Source: Macrostomum lignano (taxonomy: Eukaryota). From it: a stretch of DNA of 33,009 bases. A model generated the notes under the pieces. That model was given only the letters and a program-made list of their open reading frames with translations. It made no database searches and was not told where the DNA came from. The stretch spans positions 1 to 33,009 of the forward strand of contig NIVC01004861.1 in assembly GCA_002269645.1 (NCBI GenBank). Direction: 5' to 3'. A program made the position numbers and the translations under genes. This document shows, in pieces, positions 24,380-33,009 of this stretch (position 1 is the first letter of the stretch; each line of letters starts with the position of its first letter).

Positions 24380-24792
24380 AGAGAAAGAAAGAGAAGGAGA
24401 GAGGCGGCAGGGAGAAGGAGAGAGGTGGCAGAGAGAAGGAGAGAGGTGGCAGAGAGAAGGAGAGAGGCGGCAGGGAGAAGGAGAGAGGCGGCAGGGAGAA
24501 GGAGAGAGGTGGCAGAGAGAAGGAGAGAGGTGGCAGAGAGAAGGAGAGAGGGGGCAGAGAGAAGGAGAAAGCGGCAGGGGAGAAGGAGAGAGGCGGCAGA
24601 GCGGAGAGAGGTGGCAGAGAGAAGGAGAGAGGTGGCAGAGAGGAGAGAGGCGGCAGAGAGAAGGAGAGAGGCGGCAAGGGAGGAGAGAGGCGGCAAAGAG
24701 AAGGAGAGAGGCGGCAAGGGAGGAGAGAGGCGGCAGAGAGAAGGAGAGAGGCGGCAAGGGAGGAGAGAGGCGGCAAGGAGAAGGAGAGAGGC
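24380..24792. repeat. About 21-bp GA-rich minisatellite (GAAGGAGAGAGG[C/T]GGCAG[G/A]GA)
   Basis: Tandem purine-rich units. Source of ORFs 24314-24830. Confidence 0.92.
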
Positions 24793-25287
24793 TTAGGGTT
24801 CAGTGGAATTGGCGTGACTGCTTGACTTGATTTGAGGCAGTGTCTGTGTCTGTATTAACAGATTCTTATATGTCTGCAGGTGCTAAATTGGAAACCTGAA
24901 GTACAAGGAGGCTACAACTGATTTTCTTAGAAATGAGCTGTAGGTCGATTTGTCGTATTTAGGATGTTCTCAAGAAATCCGATTTTTCTCCACTGAGTTC
25001 GTCTATGGCAAAACTCCTTTCAGTGCTATGCATTCTCGAGAGCATATTACACGTTTCTTATCGGCCTCCAGCTCAAAAAATAAAATAACTTATGAATCCT
25101 ATCAATGGCCCATACATTCACTCGATCCTAGTTTGGTATCGACAGTCTCTTCTTAGAGACCTGTATGCGGTGTGTTTTGCGTTAAAGTGTCTTATTAATG
25201 CTTATTTTGTGCCTGCTGTCGACTTAGCTCGTACTAAGCATTAATTATTAATTGCTTACCGCCTTGCACCACCAATACACACTGTAG

Positions 25288-26762
25288 AACCTGAGCGGGA
25301 GCCCCGCACCATCGGCGACTGCCAGCAAGCTGGAATTTCGGTGCGCACCGACTGGCAGACGGGCAGGCGATGGCAGAATCCGCACGAGACGGCTCGCATA
25401 GTGCAGCTGTTCCGCGGCGGCGGCGGCGGCTCCGCCAGGCAGTTGATGGTTCGTCAGACTCGCGACCTACCGGCCTGCTTTGCCAGTCAGGAGAGGCGAC
25501 TCATGCGATGCCTGAGCACCGTTCAGGGCCAGCTGTTCACCATAGTGAAGCTCGTGTTCAAGCGAATGCTGCCATCCATGGGAGCCGCCGGGCTGACTTC
25601 CTACCACGCCAAGACAGTTCTGTTCTTCCTGCTGGCTCGGCACGCCCGTCGACGCAGCTGGTGGACGGTGGAGAATCTGCTGCCGCTAGTGAGGAAGACG
25701 CTGCATCTGACGCTGGAGCTGCTGGAACTGGACGCCAGGCCGTGCGTGGCCATGCCGCACTTCTTCGCCGACAACTGTCAGTTAGCATTTCGCGATCCAT
25801 CGGTGGACACGAAATTGCGCGTACGCGAGTCGCTCAGTGCGTTGTGCGCTGATCCGAAAAAAGTTGACGACTTTCTTAGAAAGCACCTGCGTCCGGTGGT
25901 GTCGCAGAGGCAGCCGCTGTTCTTTCATCCGTTCACGTTGCTGCCGGCTGACTTTTTTAGCTTAGAACTGATGGAGACGCCTAACTCGGATTCTGCCACA
26001 AACCAAGCGTTCGCGGATGTGTACCTGCTGGTCCAGCAGTGCCTTAGCGACTTGTCCTCATCGAGTCAGGCTGACAAGCAGTCCCGACTGACAAGGATCA
26101 GCTGCCTGCCAGCTTGGTGTCTTTGCTCCCGCCAGTGCTTGACAGCTCTAGCATGGCTTAGCTTTGGCGATCGAACTCGGGCCACCAAGGTGTTAGTACC
26201 GCAGACCAGTCACCGAGTCCAGCGGTACTGGGACTCGGAGCGCTGCTGTTTCTTTGACGGCCTGCTATCGAAAGAAGGAGCTGCTGGCGGTGTCCTTTAT
26301 GCGAATCCAAGCAACTGCGGCGACTGGGGTTGGCGATTTTGTTTTAGCAGTCGAGAAGTTCGAGTGGCTCTGGAAGAGCTGCCGCAGTTCACCCAGGCTC
26401 TACTCCAGCCAAGGCCTGACTCGCTTGACCGTCTGTACGTAAACTTTCGTTGCATATCCTGGAGCCTGATGGCTGAGCTGTTGCCAAAGCACATTGTGTC
26501 CCCAGCCAATTGGTACGCTGAGATGAAGTTCGACCCCGATCATCAAGAGCTGCTTACTTTGGCTCATTACAGCGACAGTCCATTGCACCTTCACTTCTGT
26601 CGGACAATGCTGGAGGAACTGCGCAATCGGTCGCGTCTGGATTTGAGCTGCGAGATCGAGGCGGTGCAGACCAAGCTCAGCCGACTCACCAGAGGATCAG
26701 ATGGCTGGAATGGTGTCAAGCTTCGGCCAAAAAGGATGGGATTGTCCAGTTGCAGGAGCTAA
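25288..26762 (+). CDS. ANK-Mab21 fusion, exon 4 (Mab-21 core and C-terminal helical lobe, stop)
   Basis: Acceptor cactgtag| (phase 1, matches exon 3). Mab-21 motifs: CFASQERRLMRCLSTVQGQLFTIVKLVFK, LTSYHAKTVLFFLL, WTVENLLPLV, MPHFFADN. The four exons total 2538 nt (845 aa + stop). Confidence 0.9.
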
Positions 26763-27156
26763 AAATTTCGATTGTTTTACAATTCAACTGGGAGTTGCAC
26801 CCTTAGTCTTAGTCTCTGCCTACATGCACATATAAAACTGTTTCAGAATATCTTTTCATATTCTGAAAATATAATAATACCTTTCAGAATAAGGTATTAT
26901 TAATTTATAATCTACGAGTATATAAAGAATAAAGTTGACTAACTAGTGTACGGATGGTGTTTCCTGCGAACCCAGGAGAAGGCACGGGCTTCCCTGATTG
27001 GTTCACTCAACCCTCTCTAGCCCCGGGGAGGTTTTGATTTGAGCTTGGAGTAGGTGCGACGCCTCGACGGTAGGGGGTAGGGCCCGCCCTTTGCCCGACT
27101 GGTGTCGCCTGTTCGGCTTGTTGGCCACAGTTTCTCTTAGCCTAGCTTAGGAACCT

Positions 27157-27399
27157 AGTGTACATTAGTACACTCCCAACCTGGAACCTAATTCATTACT
27201 AGTGGCGTAAGAGCCTTTTCAGTGGCTGAGGTGCCTTTTTACTTATTTTAGTTAGTTAGTTCTCACCAGAGTCTTGAGCTCTGGTCCCAATAGTGGCCTC
27301 TCGGGCTATATGCCCCAGGCAGTATGGCCCAATCAGATCCCTGCGGTAGAGCCCCCTTTCGGGCTCTACCGCAGGGACGTTCGCACGACGAAGTTCGTG
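27157..27399. other. Cluster of inverted repeats/hairpins, including a perfect 17-bp stem
   Basis: Stems at 27157-27174, 27265-27285, 27303-27330, 27338-27377 (TCCCTGCGGTAGAGCCC / GGGCTCTACCGCAGGGA, 6-nt loop) and 27384-27399, followed by a T-rich tract. Confidence 0.8.
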
Positions 27400-28075
27400 G
27401 TGTTTTAATTTTAAAGCTTCTTTTTCTCGATCTGAAAACTTTCGGAAAAATGCTTACGACATGACCGTTGCACCAAAAGTATTAAATTTTTCTTTTTTAA
27501 TGACGTAAAATGTATACAGAGGTTGATAAAAACCGTAGGATTTTCCGGCTTAGAAGAATTGTAAAATAGAGTTTTTAAAGGACCTAGTATTCTGATTCAC
27601 TTAAAATTAGCAATAGTACTGAAATTGTATCAATTAGCATGTATATACATATATAATATAGCTATGTATGAAACTACAGCAGTTAGAAGTTAAGCTGAAG
27701 ATCGTTTACAGTTTTTTAATAATAATTTAATACGAGATGAAAGTACCTAATTTATTATTTCAATTTAAGAAGAGTGATTTAGTTTCTATCGTTAATTTTA
27801 TTTTTTATTGCTGCTTTTCCAGCTGAAGAAACGACAAAGATTATTTTCAATAGTTTAGACATTTGTTAAAATTTAAACTTCTAGAGCGCGCCACGCGGTT
27901 TAAAAACAAGAAGACTTAACGTGCAGCTGCTAATTAAATTTATTTGTAAAAAACGTTGATTCTCATTTTAAAAAGACGGGTGTAAAGTCAATTTTTTATT
28001 GCAATATTTGTCCTGTTTCATCAAGAAAGGGAGTCTAAATCAAAACCGGTATTTGAAACAGTTCCTTGTTTCAAA

Positions 28076-28115
28076 ATGGATTGCACTGGCTGCAAAAATA
28101 AATTCCATTTTCCTG
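28076..28115 (+). CDS. RING-finger (C3HC4) protein, first coding exon
   Basis: ATG at 28076, MDCTGCKNKFHFP-G, then a strong phase-1 donor |GTAAGT. Upstream acceptor gaaacag| at 28061. Supplies RING Cys1-x2-Cys2. Confidence 0.65.
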
Positions 28116-29510
28116 GTAAGTTGCACTTTCTGTGACACAAGGCCTATATATTATGAAAGTACTACTGCCCTTATATCAGTGGCATTACATTAGCCTTAGG
28201 CAACATATATAGGAATATGCCGTCGCCCATAGCCATAGGACCTAAGCTGCAGGCACTTCCTTAGGCCTACTTAAAGTTAAATTATCTTTATAATGTACAA
28301 TGAGATGGAATAAATTTTTAGAAGTATTTATAGTGTTTAATCTTTTTATTAATAAATAGGCCTAAAAAACTGCAAGTTTGATTAAAAAGTAGTTAGGCCT
28401 ATGTACATGTTTTTTGGCAAGTAGGCCTATGCTGAAAAGTTGTATATCATAGACACAGGCCTATGCATTAATGACCTCGGTATGCATTAGGATTATGCCA
28501 ATTATATGCTAAGTTAAGTAATGTTTCGCCATAGCCGTAGCTTAAAATATGGTAAAATAGGTGCCTATGGCAGCTACAGATACGCCTACGGTAGCTAGCT
28601 GCTCTTATGGCTACGAGTATGGAAATATAGTAGTTGCTATCACATTCTGTAGATTCCCGTAGCTATAGTTATTAATGTTAAAAATTGAAAAAATATTAGA
28701 AACAGGTAGAGTAAAACAAAGATACTTTTAGTAAAATGTATTATCAACCTAGAAACTTATAAAATATACCTAAAAAAGTATAATAAAACACTAGTAAATT
28801 CTAATTTTTATTAATGTGAAAAACTCTAGCATTAGTACTTTCAATAACAATTAAGTATTGTTGCTCTAAAAAAGACGCAATATATTCTTACAAAGACAAG
28901 TGTTTCTTTTATTTTCTAATTTAATTTGCAGTTGTTTAAGCACTAGGTTATCTTCTTGATTTAAAATACTTTGTTTTTTAGACTTTTTGTAAAAACTAAA
29001 GCTATGGCTACGGGAACTATGGGAATATGGTAATTTCGGGGTCCTTACGGCTACGGAATACGGAGAATTGGAGTAAGCCATAGTTTTGCTTACGGCTACA
29101 GCTATGGTATGGTATATGGACCCTCCTTACAGTAGAACACTAATGCTAAGCAGTGATAGACTAATAGGACTGCTAAATTTTTAGTACCAATAATTAGTAT
29201 TGTCACTAATCAATTAAAGAAAAAATTATCAATTGCTAATAGCAAGCACTCTTTCTACTTTGAAATGTAGTACAATTAGTGCTACTAATTTTTAAATGCA
29301 CTAAAAGACAATTTTTGATGAATAATATATAATATCAATAATAACATTAAAGACTAACACATGTAATAAAACATTAGGTGGTAGGCCTAGTAAATTGTAA
29401 ATTTGGTTTCAATTTTAAATGTTATAATGCCTATTTCCTTGCAAAAGAATTAATATTTATAATTAATTTCTTTTTGCCATTGGTATTGATTTTGAAGTAA
29501 TAAACTTTTA

Positions 29511-29753
29511 TATGCGCAACAGTTGGAAGAGTCAGCTGATCTGGCTGACCAATTTGGCAGCCAACCAAGGTAAAAATTCCCATCCAAAAAATATTGAAGT
29601 AGTACTAAGTAGATTATGAGGCATTTTGCCATAATAAGACAGTCATAGTTACTCCTGCCATTTATCCAAATGTTGCATTTTTGGCCAAAAACTATGTTGA
29701 ATTTTTGTTAAAACAAAGTTGCACAGCTGACCAAATTTTGGAGATTGCACATG
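29511..29753. mobile_element. Decayed MITE copy 1 (TA-flanked, Tc1/mariner-type ends)
   Basis: Aligns along its length with 30247-30526. Ends TATGCGCAAC...ATTGCACATG. Confidence 0.7.
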
Positions 29754-30246
29754 AATGAATAAACTACTTAAAAAGCTAATTATAAAAATAAGATTAATTA
29801 AAATTCTCTTTGCCTATGAATAACAAAATGCAAAAAATAATATTCAATTTTTTTATATTTAAGAAAATTAAAAACTTACTTATGGTTATATAATTATTAA
29901 CTTATTTCTCAAGTCAGGTCTCATTTTAATTTTTAGCATAGTCATTAACCCTATAGTTTTGTAGCAAAAAATAAATATATAGCACAATCAACAATTTCAG
30001 AAAATATTAATAACACTTTGATAATAAAATTATTAGTAGAATTAGAGGCTCTAACAAAATGTTTTCTTAGAAACATGTGCAATTTAGAATGGCATAGAAA
30101 GTTAAATTTTTGCATATGAGTAAAGAATAGAAAGAGGCCTTCCACATTAATTTATCAAGAAACCATTGCTAGTGATAATGCTATATAAAAAAATAGAATA
30201 AATATGCAATCTAAATAAGGTATTTTTTGTGCTAGGCTGATTCATA

Positions 30247-30526
30247 CATGCGCAACAGTCGGCCGATCTGGCCAACCAATTTGGTGGCCAACCAAGGAAG
30301 TTGCAAAAATGCCCACCCAAAAAAACAACCAAGTAGTAGTACTAAGTAGCTGACAGGCATTGCGGCTTAATAAGACAGTCATAGTTACTCCTGCCGTTTA
30401 TCTAAAGTTGTGGTAGTTTTGCTTTAGGGTTTTTTTACATGTTAGTCGCATTTTTGGCCAAAAACTACGTCGCATTTTTGTTAAAACTAAGTCGCACGGC
30501 CGACCAAATTTTGGAGGTTGCGCATG
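30247..30526. mobile_element. MITE copy 2 with intact TIRs and TA flanks
   Basis: TA-CATGCGCAAC ... GTTGCGCATG-TA (perfect 10-bp TIR), 280 bp, no ORF. Confidence 0.75.
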
Positions 30527-32544
30527 TATAGGCTGATTGCTTTATGTAGTAGTAGATAAATATCTATAGGTCAGGCTATAATCAATAAAAGCTAAAGCCA
30601 AAGAGAATGATTATAATATTTTTTTATTAGAGGCAGGGGGGTTGTGTGCACCCTGGCACTTTAAGCAACATAGGCACACAACTGGCAAGAGGCATTACTG
30701 CCCATTCTGCCGACTTCCCTGAGCAGACACATAAGCGCGCAGATACATATGCAGGCACACAATCACACAGGAGTGTACAGCGGCCCTAACTTTATATTAT
30801 CGTTAGGCATATACACTTCACTGTGCCCTGGGGGGTTGGCTCTCAAGGCCATTAATTGCACAAGCAGAGCCAAGCCAAGATTCCAATTCAGCCCCAAATT
30901 AATATGACTGCACTTGGAATCAAGCCTAGGTTGCTGGCACAACAGAGCAGCTACACTACTGCTGGGCTATGGCCTGCCATGATTATTGACTATAATATAA
31001 TACAATTGTATTATATCATCTATCTCTCTAATTACTACCAATAAGGAATGAGTTAAATATATAGACCTAGGCTTATGATTATCTATTTAAATATTTAAAG
31101 CTTTGGTTATCTTGGTATGTAGCCATCTTGATTAGGGAATACAAAAGTTTCTAATCTTTGTTGGTGCAATTTGGATTCACAAAGCCATCTAATCTAATTT
31201 TAAAGGGCTTTCAATAATAAAGTATAACAGAACAAAATATTTTGCAAACAAGAAACTGACAGTGAGCCCTGAATTAGAATGTGATATATGGGCTAGTGTA
31301 TTAGACATTCTTTTAACATGCCAGTATCAGCTCAGGAAAAGCACACTTGATTGGGATATTACCTAGGGAATGATAGCTTTTTATAGAACTATGGCCCGAG
31401 GTACTAATAACAGGGTAGAGAATCAGACATCACCCTTCCAGGGCACTTGCCCTAGATGGAAAATTGCATGGTAGCTTGGGTTGTAGTCTAATAGCAAGGT
31501 CCCAATGTTCTAATCCCTTCTATGGCCAAGGAGTTTTGATGATGAGACTACTTAAAGTACATGTAGTTCTGCCACCAACCCTATTCTGAACATCTAAAGG
31601 GTGTCCTAATAATGCTAAGAATGAAGTCTTTTGCATAAGGAGAAAGGAGGGCTTCTGATCTGCGCAAGGTTGAGACCCCCTGATTTTAGACCTCCCTTAT
31701 CCATATTTGTATCTGTAACCATAAAAATCCTATAGCTCTGCAACTATGCCCACAACCACTTTTAATTACTTGCAAATAAGTTGCTATATCTACTATTGCA
31801 TTGTGCAAGATTCTTAGAGGTTTTTAATTTAATTGTTATACTAGGGGATTATCTTTCAGAATGGTTCAATGTGTCAATAGCTTGTCAATGAAAATTAAAC
31901 AATTTCGGTGAATTGCAGCATATATATAGTTGTTCATGCATCAATAAAGAGTCACAATATAAGTTCATATATGAAAATATACATTATGGATAGTCAGCAG
32001 AAGCTAACATGTAGGAAGCCAATAATAAAGCTAGATGCTTATGAGTCCCAAGTATTAGTCTTATAAGCATATTTTGAATGTCAAAGTACAGTATGATGTA
32101 TGTTGACAAGTTGGATTTCAACCAATTAGTACTGTAACCTTCAACTTATAAGCATATTTGTATCACAGAATAGATTCGGGATATTTTTTAACTATTTTAT
32201 CAAAGGATTTGCTACATTTTTATCTATGATGCATATAAATGCACTATAATTTTTGTCTTAGTTGCAAAAACGAGGTTCTTTATAGGATATGGTAAAAATC
32301 TGGGAAATTTCTGTTCCCATAATCATATCCATATCTATAACTTGGAGATCAAAATCAATGTATCTATAAATTTCTGTATCTGTAGCTATGGTGGAACTCT
32401 ATCTACTATCAATAATCTTTGATAAAGAAGTAATGAGATCACAAAGTGGAAGTCAACTTTAGGGTATTGTGAGAAAAATTAATCAGTGTTAAAACTTATT
32501 TGACATATAGTAATAATCATTAATATAACCAAAACCATATGCAG

Positions 32545-32684
32545 GCATTCTTAGTAGAAATGGTGCCAGGCATATGCGACTGCCTATGGTGCTGACATGC
32601 GGCCACAATGTCTGCACGGAGTGTGTGCTATCGAGCCTCAGGCAGAAGTCTGACAGTTGGACTTGCCGAGTTGATGGATGCCAG
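32545..32684 (+). CDS. RING-finger protein, second coding exon
   Basis: catatgcag|GC-ILSRNGARHMRLPMVLTCGHNVCTECVLSSLRQKSDSWTCRVDGCQ|gtacct. CGH-x2-C-x2-C...C-x4-C. Its phase-1 start matches the 28115 donor. Confidence 0.8.
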
Positions 32685-32987
32685 GTACCTATTTAAATTA
32701 ATAAGTATTCTACCTATATGTTTTATAAGCTTGTTAGTCCCTAATTCAATCTATGAGGGGCCAAACCCAAGTGTAGGTATATAGACAGATTACTATGCCT
32801 GAAATTAGAAAGTCATGCTGCTGTGCTAATAGATGACGAGCATTTGCATAAAATGGTCATGGTTACTTGCCCGTTTACTCAGAAGAAGCCAAATAGACAT
32901 AACAGCTTGATCTGCGGCAATAGCATTTAGTAATCTTTGAATAAATTACTTTAAAAGAAAGTTCAACTTGTACTTTTTTCAAACCAG

Positions 32988-33009
32988 GTCGCCACAAAGT
33001 ACAATCAGC
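32988..33009 (+). CDS. RING-finger protein, start of the next exon (truncated by the window)
   Basis: Pyrimidine tract tacttttttcaaaccag|, then phase-0 VATKYNQ. Confidence 0.5.

Noticed and set aside
24870-24945. Possible extra exon after tgtctgcag at about 24880 in ANK-Mab21 intron 3
   Set aside because: In the required phase it hits TGA after six codons, and exons 3 and 4 already join in frame.
16498-26594. Alternate-frame and antisense ORFs overlapping real exons (16498, 16632, 16764, 16850, 18984, 21890, 21982, 22000, 23662, 23814, 25370, 25558, 26254, 26297, 26400)
   Set aside because: Expected by-products of GC-rich coding sequence.
27280-27380. HDV-like or twister ribozyme, suggested by GGTCCCA...GCCTCTCG...GGGAC
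   Set aside because: The P1/P1.1 pairing and L3 length cannot be satisfied, and there is no hammerhead CUGANGA/GAAA core.
31665-31682. GGTTGAGACCCCCTG resembling a hAT right end
   Set aside because: No matching left end or TSD was found upstream.
31830-32240. Possible decayed LINE reverse-transcriptase fragment
   Set aside because: Only vague motif resemblance with multiple stops. It would need a tblastx/HMM search.
18957-33009. ANK-Mab21 + RING as a functionally linked immune cluster
   Set aside because: Adjacency in one animal genome window is not evidence of linkage. Conserved synteny or co-expression would be needed.

Overview
Eukaryotic (animal) genomic DNA. My best guess is a free-living flatworm such as Macrostomum, inferred from the gene families, the GC-rich exons and the repeat-packed introns. 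No prokaryotic features (operons, CRISPR, rRNA/tRNA) were seen. Splicing the exons by hand gives: (1) a frameshift-riddled GT32/DXD glycosyltransferase on the minus strand running off the left edge; (2) a complete 4-exon, 442-aa Cys-loop anion channel (5724-17136, +) with residues typical of lophotrochozoan/flatworm glutamate-gated chloride channels; (3) a 4-exon, 845-aa ankyrin-repeat + Mab-21/cGAS-like nucleotidyltransferase fusion (18957-26762, +) whose DxD catalytic motif reads NVN; (4) the 5' exons of a RING-finger gene (28076 to the right edge, +). There is also a tentative antisense gene interleaved with the channel gene. Introns hold about 18 different micro/minisatellites, which explain most long ORFs in the track. 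The window also has a hAT MITE with TIRs and TSD, two TA-flanked MITE copies with strong CpG decay, and a cluster of hairpins at 27.15-27.40 kb.
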